DNA of 54,932 nt, from the NCBI RefSeq assembly GCF_001194135.2, contig NC_069006.1:4684718-4739649 (forward strand), read 5' to 3'. The translations under genes and the position numbers were made by a program. Source of the stretch: Octopus bimaculoides (Eukaryota). How positions within the stretch are numbered: the stretch's first letter is position 1; the number at the start of each line of letters is the position of its first letter. This document shows, in pieces, positions 21,769-34,577 of the stretch. The notes beneath the pieces are model-generated. The model ran no database searches. It saw only the letters and a list, made by a program, of their open reading frames with translations, and was not told where the DNA came from.

Positions 21769-24700
21769 ATAAATTTAATTTATTTATTTTTCACTGGATT
21801 TATTTCTCGGCCCCTTGCTTTTTGGCTTGGGTTGAAGGGTCTGTCTTGTGAGGCTTTTCTGTGATACCCCAACTCTGCAGGAAAGGCACACAGTCATAAA
21901 AACCATGCCAAAACTAACACAGAAGTCTGGTGCAGCTCCTGTCAAACTATCCAGCCCATGCCAGCATGGAAAGCAGACATTAAATAATGATGTCTGTAGT
22001 ACAAGAGCTGTGAGCTTTCAATATGGTTAGCCTCTTGCTGGAAAGGCCTACAAGAGAGATTCTTCAAACTGAACCAACTGGAAAGAGACCCAAGGAGAGA
22101 CCAAGAACAAAATGGTTGGAGAAGATCCATATTTTCAGTTCGTTGTGCTTGAGAATCCAGCCAGAAATTGTAATGACAGTTGCTTCTGATAGGGCCCCCT
22201 ATGAAAGAGGTGCCTGAGGACTCTAACCCCCACTATGACCTTCCAAGGAATAGTAGGCAGCAAAAATGGATGGATGGATTTTTTTTTACTGTCCCCCCTT
22301 TTCATGTATGTTTTCCAAGCATCTGTTTTGAATTGAGGACAAAATTTGCTGAGTGAAATTTTTTTATGGCTGGATGCCCTTCCTGTTGCCAACCATCATA
22401 TTTCCTTTCCCCCTGGCTTACAAATGGAGGAGACAACTTGTATGGTGAGGACACTTGTTTACAACTTTGATGTGATGTCAAGACAAGGACATACACACAC
22501 ACACGACAAGCTTCTTATAGATTCTGTCTACCAAATCCACTCTCAAGGCTTTAAGTAGAAGACACTTGCCCAAGGTGCCACTTAGTGGAACTGAACCCTG
22601 CAACCTTGAAACCACTTGGTTGGACAATAAATTTCTTAAACCCTCAGCCATGCTTTCACCCCACCCCCACCCACCCCACTTCNNNNNNNNNNNNNNNNNN
22701 NNNNNNNNNNNNNNNNNNNNNNNNNNNNNNNNNNNNNNNNNNNNNNNNNNNNNNNNNNNNNNNNNNNNNNNNNNNNNNNNNNNNNNNNNNNNNNNNNNNN
22801 NNNNNNNNNNNNNNNNNNNNNNNNNNNNNNNNNNNNNNNNNNNNNNNNNNNNNNNNNNNNNNNNNNNNNNNNNNNNNNNNNNNNNNNNNNNNNNNNNNNN
22901 NNNNNNNNNNNNNNNNNNNNNNNNNNNNNNNNNNNNNNNNNNNNNNNNNNNNNNNNNNNNNNNNNNNNNNNNNNNNNNNNNNNNNNNNNNNNNNNNNNNN
23001 NNNNNNNNNNNNNNNNNNNNNNNNNNNNNNNNNNNNNNNNNNNNNNNNNNNNNNNNNNNNNNNNNNNNNNNNNNNNNNNNNNNNNNNNNNNNNNNNNNNN
23101 NNNNNNNNNNNNNNNNNNNNNNNNNNNNNNNNNNNNNNNNNNNNNNNNNNNNNNNNNNNNNNNNNNNNNNNNNNNNNNNNNNNNNNNNNNNNNNNNNNNN
23201 NNNNNNNNNNNNNNNNNNNNNNNNNNNNNNNNNNNNNNNNNNNNNNNNNNNNNNNNNNNNNNNNNNNNNNNNNNNNNNNNNNNNNNNNNNNNNNNNNNNN
23301 NNNNNNNNNNNNNNNNNNNNNNNNNNNNNNNNNNNNNNNNNNNNNNNNNNNNNNNNNNNNNNNNNNNNNNNNNNNNNNNNNNNNNNNNNNNNNNNNNNNN
23401 NNNNNNNNNNNATATATATATATATATATACGTACAGTAATCCCTCGCCGTATCGCAGTTTATTATTTAAGCTTATGTTGATTCTTATGTGGCATTGTTT
23501 CGCATTTGTAATAAAATAAATATGACTGGTCACCGTGCCAGTGGAGCACTAACAGCACTGTCGACAGTGTTCATTGCCAGAGCAGCTATCTGGCTTCCAT
23601 GCTAGTGGCCCATAAATAGCACCATTAGAGCGTAATCGTTACCAGCGTTGCCTTCTAGCACTTGTGCTGGTGGCACGTTTAGAAAATCATTCGAGCAAGG
23701 TCGTTGCCAGTGCCGCTGGGCTGTCTCCTGTGCAGGTGGCAAGTAAAAAACACCTTTTTGAATGTGGCCATTGCCAGTACTGCCTGACTGGCCTTTGTGC
23801 CGGTGGCACGTAAAAGCACCCACTACACTCTCGGAGTGGTTGGCATTAGGAAGGGCATCCAGCTGTAGAAGCTCTGCCAAATCAGATTGGAGCCTGGTGT
23901 AGCCACCTGGTTCACCAGTCCTCAGTCAAATCATCCAACCCATGCTAGCATGGAAGGCGGACGTTAAACGATGATGATGATGATATACAAATTATAAAAA
24001 TGACAAAAAAGATATACAGTACAGCACTATTTCTACTTCGTGGATTTTCACCTACCACAGAGGGTTTTGGGAATGTAACAGCCCAAGCCTCTTTGGAGAC
24101 ACTTGCTCAAGGTGCCATGCAATGGGCCTGAACCCAAGACCAGATGGTTGGGTAGCAAGCTTTTTAATCACACACGACCATACCTGCCCTTACTCAGGGT
24201 TAAATAAAATAAACAACCAATGACCAGTGAGAGTAGAGTAAAAGGAAATGTTTCCTATATCCCCTCCTTCCCTTTCCATATGGAATTCTCAACAGTGTTG
24301 GTCATGTTGTCTATGACCCTGATGTTTAATTTAGCCGAGGAGTTACCCCAGCAAAGCCTTTGAACTTCTTGTGTTTTTTTAATCTCTTTTAAGTTTTTAA
24401 CTCAACAGTAATATGCAGATGGTATCATCATCATCACCATCATCATTGTTTTAATGTCCACTTTTCCATGCTTGCATGAGTTGGACAGAATTTGTCGAAG
24501 CAAATTTTTCTGCGGCTGTATGCCTTTCCTTTTGCCAACCCTCAACTGGTAATTTCCCCTTGGATAGATATTGTTATGGGAGAATCCTGAACACCCTACG
24601 TGACTGAAGGTGAACCAACCGACTACAATAAATAAGAAAACTGTCAAGGACGGACAGATGACGGTGTTAGTTTGACGTGTGTTGTTTTAACCGTCAGTAG

Positions 24701-25423
24701 TTAAGCAGTGAATACTGAGTATCGTACCTACGTTCAAGTAGGATGGAGTGGAGTGCATTCTGTGTTAATATATTTCTGTGATAGGTTATTTTTAGATAAC
24801 CACAGCCATTTATTTGTGTAATACCATTTTACACCAGTTGTGTATGCTCATGTCATAACAGATATATTTCCTTGGAAGGCACCCATTTACAACTATAACA
24901 TGATACCAAGGCAAAGAGACAGTACCCCACCACCACCCACATATACATGACAAGCTTTTTCCTGTCTCCATCTGCCAAACCCAACTCACAAAGCTTTGGT
25001 CAGCCCAGGGCTATTGAAGACATTTGCCCAAGGTGCCATGCAATGGGATTGAACCCAAAACCATAGATAGCTAATGCAACTACTATTCCCCTCTCCTTTC
25101 CATCCACCACCATCACAATATGAAAGTTCCCCCCACCACCACCACCACCACCACTTTGTTGGCTCAGCTGATCAATGTTTTTGAAAGCAAACAGAAGACA
25201 ACCAACCAGTTCAGTTAGATGTAGACGCTAACCTTGAATTGCCTGTTGTGTCTTTTGTTTTGATTTTCTTGTTCCATCCAAAAGGACAAAATAAGTTGGC
25301 CCTCTGTCTACCCCTAAACAACTGACCTCTTTTTTTTTACTCACATGTATTATATTTTCAAGACCCTGCTCCTTTCAAATGATTTCATCTCTTCTCCACT
25401 GCTATTTTTCTGAAACTTACCAG

Positions 25424-25511
25424 ATTTGTTGCTGGACCTGATGGTAAACTCACTCTTCAGAAGCAGTTCTCAGAAAAAACTATGCCTTATGCCTTACAAG
25501 CCACTGTCAGG
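25424..25511 (+). CDS. XRN1: XRN1 coding exon (FVAGPDGKLTLQKQFSEKTMPYALQATVR)
   Basis: cttaccag acceptor, agg|gtgagt donor; matches NGEVRLEKQWSKQVVPFVYQTIVK. Confidence 0.93.
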
Positions 25512-25804
25512 GTGAGTAGATGACATTGTTCTCCTTCTCTTCTCTCTTCCTTCTCTCTTCTCCCTTCCTCCTTTATAACAATGTTCGCAAGTTGGATTCG
25601 GCTGAGTCAGCCTGGGAGATGTTGTTGTTTCTAAACTTAATCCTGCAGGCTTATTTCACTTACATCTTCCAGAAAATAGCAGTTTCTTTCATGTGTATGT
25701 TAATGTCTATGCATTTTTTTTTTCTTTTAAAATTAAGGATTTTGGGTTCACCAATCTAGAATTTTCTTCAAATTCTTATCATTTTTCTTTTGTCTGTATT
25801 GTAG

Positions 25805-25918
25805 GACATCATTTCTGAAGAACCAGAGTATTCTGATGAAAAGGACATTGACGAGGTGTTTGCAGTTGATACTTCTGTTTTCATGTTAAGTGGTACTTAT
25901 TATGGTTTCCATGGAAAA
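25805..25918 (+). CDS. XRN1: XRN1 coding exon (DIISEEPEYSDEKDIDEVFAVDTSVFMLSGTYYGFHGK)
   Basis: attgtag acceptor, aaa|gtaagt donor; 114 nt; VFMLxxxYYG motif. Confidence 0.95.
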
Positions 25919-27609
25919 GTAAGTAATAAGTCAAACTGTTTTAAGAATATTTTCATCGGTGCAGGTGTGGGGCAGTGTGGTTAAGAAGCTTGCTTTGCGG
26001 CTACATGGGCTTTGGGATCAATCCCACTGTGTGGTATTTTGGCTAAGGGTCTTCTGTCATAGCCCTGGGCTGACCAAAGCCTTCTGAGTGAATTTAGTTG
26101 ATGGGGAAACTGTGGGGAAACCTGTTGTGTGTGTGTGTGTGTGTTCCTCTCCCCACCACTTGACAACTACTGTTGGTTTGTTTATGTCCCTGTGAGTTAG
26201 TAGTTTGGCAAAGGAGATCCTTCACAGGTTCATGATGAGTCTCTTAAGGGGGACGAAAGCACTTAATAAATAGTTTTTATCCAAATCCTGACTACCTTCT
26301 TTTATTAATATATATCATCCTCATCCTCATCATTTAACATCCGTTTTCCATGCTGGCATGGGTTGGACATTTCGACCAGAGTTGGCAAGCTGCACCAGGC
26401 TGATTTGGCTTGGTTTTTCTATGGCTGGATGCCCTTCCTAATGCCAACCACTTTATAGTGTGTGCTGAGTAATTTTATGTGGCACCATAGGAGTGCTTTT
26501 ATGTGGCACTGATACGAGCGTTTTTTACATGGCTCTGGCCCAGGACCCTTACAGGCCAATCCTTTTTACCAGGGGGAGTGACCTTAACACTTCTGCTGTG
26601 GAGTACAAGTCTTCTTGAGTAAAGAAAGATGCTAGGTAGCTCAGCCCTTTGTCATGTGTATGTTTAGGCTTTCACTTCATACACGCCAGCTCAATTTGAT
26701 TCGCTCCCAGTTACAGGAGACCTGTTTTTATTTTCTTGTTTGTATTCGTAATTATGTACCATGTATCTGTAATTATTATCATCATCATCATCATCATCGT
26801 TTAACGTCCGCTTTCCATGCTAGCATGGGTTGGACGATTTGACTGAGGACTGGTGAAACCGGATGGCAACACCAGGCTCCAGTCTGATTTGGCAGAGTTT
26901 CTACAGCTGGATGCCCTTCCTAACGCCAACCACTCAGAGAGTGTAGTGGGTGCTTTTACGTGTCACCCGCATGAAAACGTCCACGCTCGAAATGGTTGTA
27001 TTTGTAATTATGTACCATGTTCACTAGCTTTCTTATAAAAAGGTCTAATGCTCTTAGCTCAGACTTTTTTGGGCGCAACCAGATTGAACTGTTTAAGGTG
27101 TAACTGGCCAAAACAGTTATGACTTCTGGTACTTGACTGAAGAAAGAAAGCCATGAATGACCCAACCCTTTTTTGCCTGTCCTTCTAATTGTTGTTTCTC
27201 CTGTCTGCCTTTGTATCATCTATCTGTCTGAATGTCTATTGTCTTTTATTGCGTTTTTGTTCCATTTTTTTTGTATATAATAATAATAATAATAATAATA
27301 ATAGAAAAATTAATAAAAATATGTGTAATTAGATTAAATGTTGAGTAGAGCACCAGCACAGTTTAAGCTACCTGTTGTTATCCATAGATTTACTTCAGGA
27401 ACTTCACACTGTTAGGGTAATATTATTAATAAAAGTAGATGGATTTCATATTTGACTTTTATTAGGTACGACATATGTTTCGACCTGTCGTTCTGGGTCT
27501 TTTCATCAATAAAAATATCTCACTAGAGATTTTTTGTGTTAGCTGGCTTGTTGTTAGATGTCCATCATATTTATTTTATTAATAATAATAATAATAATAA
27601 TATATGTGT

Positions 27610-28087
<478 letters not shown>

Positions 28088-28724
28088 TGTGACAAAAGAT
28101 TGAGATACCTAAGTTATTTTATAGTTTAAGGTTAGCAACTGTGGTTGCTATGTGTGCAAATAAAGATCCAAATTGAAGGAATGGAGCAGGTAAAATCCAG
28201 GCTATATGTTGCCTAGCTAGCAGAACCTCAGAAGCAGTAATTACACTCAACGAGGGGTGCTCCGCTAGCTACTCATGTGGCTGAAGACACCTTAGTTAAA
28301 TGAAGGTTACACTGCCTTCAAGGGGATCCCACGTTAACTCGTAGGAGTATATGTATATACATACACCGGTGCTGAGAGTTTGTCTTGTGACCAGCTTTTC
28401 ACATCACTCTGGTCTTTTGATGAACGTGTGTATGTGCATTAATAAAGGGCAGGAACAGGCTTGTTGCTGGAGGAGATTCATGACTGCCGTTGCATTTTAT
28501 GAGTGGGTTGTAATAATCAGTGTGAGATAAATGTGGTGGTGATGGGGGGGTGAGAATGTGCTGTCAAAGGGGAATAGAAGAGAGTGTGTGGGGGTGTATA
28601 AAGAGGTTGTAAGGGTCTGGCTGGGAGAGTGAGAGAGAATTGTGAGGAGTCACTGAATCCCTGTTTTAATTATTATTATTATTGTTGTTGCTTTTGTTAT
28701 TGTTTGCCATCCCTATTGTTTCAG

Positions 28725-28817
28725 GTTTCAGAAGTCAACAAAGACCAATGTACTGTGACCGTTTCTATTCCTGTCCCCTATGAACCCAACTTGGACAACA
28801 TCATCCATAATCAACAG
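28725..28817 (+). CDS. XRN1: XRN1 coding exon (VSEVNKDQCTVTVSIPVPYEPNLDNIIHNQQ)
   Basis: gtttcag acceptor, cag|gtgaaa donor; 93 nt; EPNLD motif. Confidence 0.93.
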
Positions 28818-29524
28818 GTGAAAATTTTACATTTTTATTTTATTTTTCTCTCACACATTTTCTTTTCCTTTCACACTCTCTCTTATCCTCTCTCTCTCTC
28901 TCTCCTCCTCTCTCTCTCTCTCTCCTCTTTCTCTCAATCAAATGATCTAGAAAAAGAACTTCGAAAATAAACACTCATTTATCATTATTCATCAATCATT
29001 ATGTAAGAAATTTTCATTAAATGTAAATTATTCACCAGCACTGCCATCATCACCATCACCTCCTCCTCCTCCTCCTCGTTTGGTGTCCAATCATCTTTTT
29101 CCCATGCTGGTATTGTTTGATCTGTTTCAGCCCTTCGTTTCTCCATTTGCTGCACCCTGCTCCCTTGTCAAACAGCAGACAACACACTTTGTCAGCATTG
29201 GTACAGGTCATTCATTTGTCTTCTTTGTTTGGCATGGATTTTACAAACAGTTCATTTTCCTATTGCTAACTACTTTACAACACAGACTAAGATGGAACAT
29301 GACACATCTGCCCATGCCATTCACCCTGGAGAGTTCCATCAATCAGTTTTTATTCTTAGACGAATTGCTTCTGGTATGGCTTGCAAAGTTTACGTATTCT
29401 GCCAGTTCTAGCCTTTTTTTTTTTTTCAAGCATGGCTATATTGTGGTCAGAACACTTTCCTATCGTCAACCACCGGCTGCAGTTTAATGTGTCCCCTACA
29501 CTAGAGAGGATGAAGCTGCCTTAA

Positions 29525-29956
29525 CCCTTTTATTACCCTATTTCTGTTGAGATGCTCTGTGTTTATTTCAATTAATTTTAAATATAACAAAGAATTTAGT
29601 AAAATAACTTCGTTATCATTAAGCTAGTGTTAGTAACATTAATTGCGACTAAGGTTTGGTGGAAGATTTTNNNNNNNNNNNNNNNNNNNNNNNNNNNNNN
29701 NNNNNNNNNNNNNNNNNNNNNNNNNNNNNNNNNNNNNNNNNNNNNNNNNNNNNNNNNNNNNNNNNNNNNNNNNNNNNNNNNNNNNNNNNNNNNNNNNNNN
29801 NNNNNNNNNNNNNNNNNNNNNNNNNNNNNNNNNNNNNNNNNNNNNNNNNNNNNNNNNNNNNNNNNNNNNNNNNNNNNNNNNNNNNNNNNNNNNNNNNNNN
29901 NNNNNNNNNNNAATACGGAGCCAGAGGTAGTTTCAGCCAGGTTGGTATCGAAAGGG
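29525..29956. mobile_element. piggyBac-like MITE (ccctttcgttacc family), spans a gap
   Basis: TTAA|cccttttattacc...ggtatcgaaaggg|TTAA; related pieces at ~10642, 11294, 18720-18910. Confidence 0.8.
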
Positions 29957-30822
29957 TTAAGGGGCTGCTTTTATTGCACCACTATTACAGAGGTTGAGTG
30001 TGTGGACTAACGAGTCTGCCCTGTATCAATTTTAATTACAAGTTTCAGCTGGGTTGCTTTCACCACAACTTGTGAAGTCCATAACTCTTATATGAGATTA
30101 ACTCTTTAACATTCAGATTAATTTATCAAATATAATGCTTATTTATCCACATGTAGCTTCAAGACTTTGACGATATTCTTTCATTATTTTACTTGTTTTA
30201 CTTCAGTCATTTGACTGTGGCCATGCTGGAGCACCGCCTTAAAGGGTTTTTAGTTGAAGAAATCAACCCAGGACTTATTCTTTTTATGCCTAGTATTTAT
30301 TCTATCAGTCTTTTTTGTTGAACGGCCAAGTTATGCGGACGTAAACATAACCATTTTCTCCCTCCCTCTTTTGAATTAAAACCCTCTTGGGGGTTGATAT
30401 TGCACCTCATCATTTTAAGACTTTCTGGGAGTTGAAAAAAGTACAGGCCAAGTACTGGTGGCCGGTAGTGGCTAAGGGTGCAATTCTGACTTTAGACTTC
30501 TACTCCACTCTCAAATTTATTATCTTGGGCCTGTACTGAGAAATCATTATTAATCCTTACTTTAAGGTGGTGAGCTATCAGAATTGTTAGTACGCCAGGT
30601 GGAATGCTTAGCGGTATTTCGCCCATCTTTACGTTCTGAGTTCAAATTTCACCAAGGTTGACTTTGCTTTTCATCCTTTTGGTTTTGATCAAATAAGTAC
30701 CAGTTGATTTACTGGGGTCGATGTAATTGACTAGCCCCTTCCCCTCAAATTGCAGGCCTTTTGCCTAAAGTGGAATGGATAATTAATCCTTACTTTTCTA
30801 ATTTTCCTTTCCTTATTCACAG

Positions 30823-31079
30823 TTGTACGAGAAGCGGTATTATTCAGCGAACGATGCAGCCATGCGTTTGGGCATCAGTAACTATTTCCTGTCCCACATT
30901 ACCGAGTCGGTGTTCATTGTGCGCCTCTCTCGCAACGGATCAAACGAGCAGAAAGTCAACATTGGCCTCGGTTTGAAAATCCATCGTAGAAGTGAAGCGC
31001 CAGGTTACACCAAATTTATGTTAGACTGCTGGCATTATTCCGAGAAGACATTGGACTGTGTTCACCAATATTTGCAGAA
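30823..31079 (+). CDS. XRN1: XRN1 coding exon (LYEKRYYSANDAAMRLGISNYFLSHITESVFI...NIGLGLK...PGYTK...WHYSEKT...YLQ)
   Basis: attcacag acceptor, aa|gtaagt donor; 257 nt; RLG, N(V/I)GLxLK, PGYTK and WxYS motifs. Confidence 0.96.
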
Positions 31080-31159
31080 GTAAGTAAAGTTTTGGGGGGG
31101 GGGGGCTTGCTTATCATTTATCCCCGTAAAATAAACTTTTGTGTTGTGAAGTCTGATTA

Positions 31160-31400
31160 ATGCAAAGGGTATTCTACCAAACCCCTTCTTCCAATCCACC
31201 TGTTTAGCAAAATCTCATCAAGGTAACCTCTTACATTACTACGGTGCTGTGAGGATGCCCCATCCTGCTGGAAATAAAACTCTGCATTTTTAAAGTTCTC
31301 TTGAATGTTTGACATGACAGACTGTTGCAGCAAGTTCAAATAAATGGTACGATCACAAAAGAATGGATCAATAAATCCTTTTGATAAACCATGCCATACT
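31160..31400 (-). mobile_element. Tc1/mariner superfamily (maT/DD37D-like) transposase fragment
   Basis: YLNLL...[12 protein letters not shown]...[18 protein letters not shown] motif; subfamily call from memory. Confidence 0.7.
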
Positions 31401-32481
31401 CCTGGTAAATTAGTATGGTGTTCCTCTGCAATATGCAGATTCCCAGGTGCCCAGCAGGTGTGGCAGTTCAGTGTAAATTTAGCCTCATCACTCAAAGCAT
31501 ATCGTTTACCTTTTACTTGTTTCAGTCATTAGACTGCGGCCATGCTGGGGCACCGCTTTGAAGAATTTTGGTCGAACTAATCGACCCCAGCCAGGTACTT
31601 ATTCTATCAGTCCGTTTTGCTGAACTGCTAAGTTACGTGAGCACACACGTACCAACATTGGTTGTCAATTGGTGGTGGGGGGGACATACAGAACCACAAA
31701 GAGACACACGTGTGTGTGTGCGTATGTGTATATACATACAACAGAGTTCTTTCAGTTTCCATCTGCCAAATCCACTTACAAGGCTTTGGTTGGTTCTGCC
31801 CAAGGTGCCATGCAGTGGTACTGAACCTGGAACCACGTGGTTGGGAAGCAAGGTTCTTATCACACAGCCATGCCTGTGCCTATAGAATCAGAGAACTGTA
31901 CCAGTTTCTTGTGTCTGTTTTGGCGTGATTTCTATGGCTGGGTGCCCTTCCTTCCAGTCACTTCATCTGTGTAACATCACACATTCTTTTCTCCGACTAT
32001 ATTTTTCCTCCTCTCCAGACCTTTCCCCTCTTTCTGACAAAGAGCCATGATCGAAGTGTCATCTTCCCCCTCTTTTTTTCCATCTTCAACTTTCTCTGTG
32101 TGTGTCAACCTAATATATTCACTACATACATCCTTTTGTTGTTTTTGCTTTTATTTTCAATTTGCCTCTAGATATATGTATTTGCGCACATTATTTCTGT
32201 GGGGTTTTTTTGTGTGTTATCATCATCGTTTAACATCCGCTTTCCATGCTGGCATGAGTGGGTCACTTTGATAGGAGCCAGCCAGGCAGAAGCCAGCACC
32301 AGACCTCTGTGTCTGTTTTGGCAAGATTTTTACAGCTGGATGCCCTTCCCGACACCAACCCCCTAGCAGAGCAGCAAAGATTGGGCATATTTTATGTGCA
32401 CATTTTATGACATAGAATGACATATCTAATGTGAATGCGCAAACACATATACTCATATCCATCCTGACATCTTTCCAACAG

Positions 32482-32568
32482 GTTTCCAGAACTCTTTGAA
32501 ATCATTTCAACTCAGGGACATTCATATCATGATGCTTTGCCGGAAACCAAAGTCTTCAGCAACCTCAG
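32482..32568 (+). CDS. XRN1: XRN1 coding exon (FPELFEIISTQGHSYHDALPETKVFSNL)
   Basis: ttccaacag acceptor, ag|gtaatg donor; PELF motif; phase 2 to 2. Confidence 0.92.
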
Positions 32569-32899
32569 GTAATGACTTCCACATTATTCCCATCTCTCTG
32601 TGTTTGTTTCTCAACAAAGTCAATGTCACTTGGGTTTTGTTTTTGTTTTCAATACAAACATAAATACTTTAAGAGGGAAATCTCTTTCAAAGAATTCTCA
32701 GTTGTCTGTAATGAAATGTTGAGGGGTGGGGGACTAGTTGATTACATCGAACCCAGTGTTTCACTGGTACTTAGTTTATTGACCCCGAAAGGATGAAAGG
32801 CAATGTTGACTTCGGTGGAGTTTGAACTCAGAACGTAAAGATGGACGCAATGCCAACAATTTACTGGGTGCCTCTCACCAAATCTGTGGTAGGTGCAAA

Positions 32900-33935
32900 G
32901 TCCCAGCTAGGTCAAGTCCCAGCTGGGTCCAAGGAGACAAGCTTGGAAAGACTGGAAAAAAGGTGGAAGCAGAGAATTATATCAGGTAGCCAAAAGGGCA
33001 GCTAGGCGTCAGGTATATATAACAAAAGGAGTAGCTGAAGGTAAGAGATTTGCATGTGCCTTATGACATGAGGATCAGAGGCATGAGGTGTCCAGGATTG
33101 CAAAGCAGTGTATCAGAGAGAATAGAGACGCGGTAGGTGAGAAATGTATGTGAATGGATAATGGTATGCTTGTACTTAGTGACTCAGAGAAGAAAGATGC
33201 TTGGAGATGCCATTATGAAAGGTTATTAAATGTGGAGAATGATTGGGAAAAGAAGTCTCTTTCAAATATCAAACCAATTGAGGGACCATCCATCAGTGTT
33301 GATAGCAGTATAATTGATAAGGGAATTAAGGATATGAAGACTAGGAAAGCCCTTGGACCATTGGGTATCACTGCTGAGATGATTAGAATATCAGCTGGTA
33401 CGGGATACGGCCTAGTCACTCGTGTAGTTAACCAGGTTATTCAGGAAGGTGTCGTCCCCAAAGACTGGTGTAGTTGTGTTATAGTCAGCTGCTACAAGGG
33501 TAAAGGTGATGCCTTAGATAGAAACAACTACAGAGGTATCAAACTGCTGAACCAGGTGATGAAAGTTACAGAGAGAGAGTTCTGTCTCAACTGATTAGGG
33601 ATAGAATTAAACTAGATGAGATGCAGTTTGGTTTTCTTCCTGGAAGAAGTACCACAGGTGCTATCTTCCTAGAAGAGTATTTGGCCAAAAGTAAACCATT
33701 GTTCTTAGCCTTCGTCGACCTGGAAGCTTTTGATTGGGTTCCCTGCTCTCTGGTGGTCTCTAAGGAAGCTAGGAGTAGAGGAGTGGCTTGTTAGAGCTGT
33801 ACAAGCCATGTACAGTGATGCTGTCAGTAAGGTGAAGGTCAGCCTTGAATACTGTAATGAATTTAGCATACAAGTTGGGGGTTCACCAGGGCTCAGTTCT
33901 TAGTCCACTCTGATCCATTGTAGTTCTTCAGGTCA
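32900..33935 (+). mobile_element. RTE-clade LINE fragment (reverse transcriptase, frameshifted)
   Basis: EKKDAWRCHYERLLNVEN...CYKGKGDALDRNNYRGIKLL...QFGFLPGRSTT; stops and frameshifts. Confidence 0.92.
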
Positions 33936-34134
33936 TCAGAAACATTAGATATTGTTAGAATAGCAGTCAAAAATGAACAACAAAAAAGATGAAATGAGAA
34001 TTTTTTAAAAAGTGCCAGGCTTTATCTTTTAAAATTTTGTTTCAGCCACTGGACTACAGCCATGCTGGGGCACCACCTTTGACAAAAAATTGCTAGAGAA
34101 TGTTATATAACTTTTGGTGTTTGTCTTGTTTTAG

Positions 34135-34267
34135 GTACACTCTTCAGAACGTGTTAGATTTTATAAAGACTTTACCATGCCATAATATTAAACTTCTGAA
34201 AAGTGGTTCTATGGTGCTCAATGAAGGGGTTGTCGAAGCCATTGCAAATGTAGTGAGAAAGTTGCCG
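34135..34267 (+). CDS. XRN1: XRN1 coding exon (YTLQNVLDFIKTLPCHNIKLLKSGSMVLNEGVVEAIANVVRKLP)
   Basis: gttttag acceptor, ccg|gtgagg donor; phase 2 to 0; aligns to VQEIITWLKGHPV...ILDAAIVEKIE. Confidence 0.9.
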
Positions 34268-34577
34268 GTGAGGATACAACGCTTGTTTTTATCTGTCTCT
34301 TTGTTGTTTTGTTGATGTTTTTTTTTGTTTGTTGTTGTTTTAGTTTAGTTTTTTTTCTTCTTTTCTTTCCTTCTTCATAGACCTCAAACACATTTTACCT
34401 GTTCATCATCATTGCCATTGTTTTAAGATGTGTTTGTCTAATTCATCTATCTGATATATCCCTGTCATCAATAGGTACACACACACACATATACCTACAC
34501 ATACACACACACACACATACATATATATACCTCCTTTTTATTCTACACACACACACGCATACATATATATATATAAG

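Noticed and set aside
24061-24111. AG...GT segment with phase 2 to 2 that could fill the missing exon
   Set aside because: Encodes no XRN1-like sequence and its 3' half is CORE-SINE derived.
24834-24865. VVYAHVITD, resembling the missing XRN1 segment VVYAQLLTG
   Set aside because: In-frame TAA a few codons upstream and no acceptor giving the required phase.
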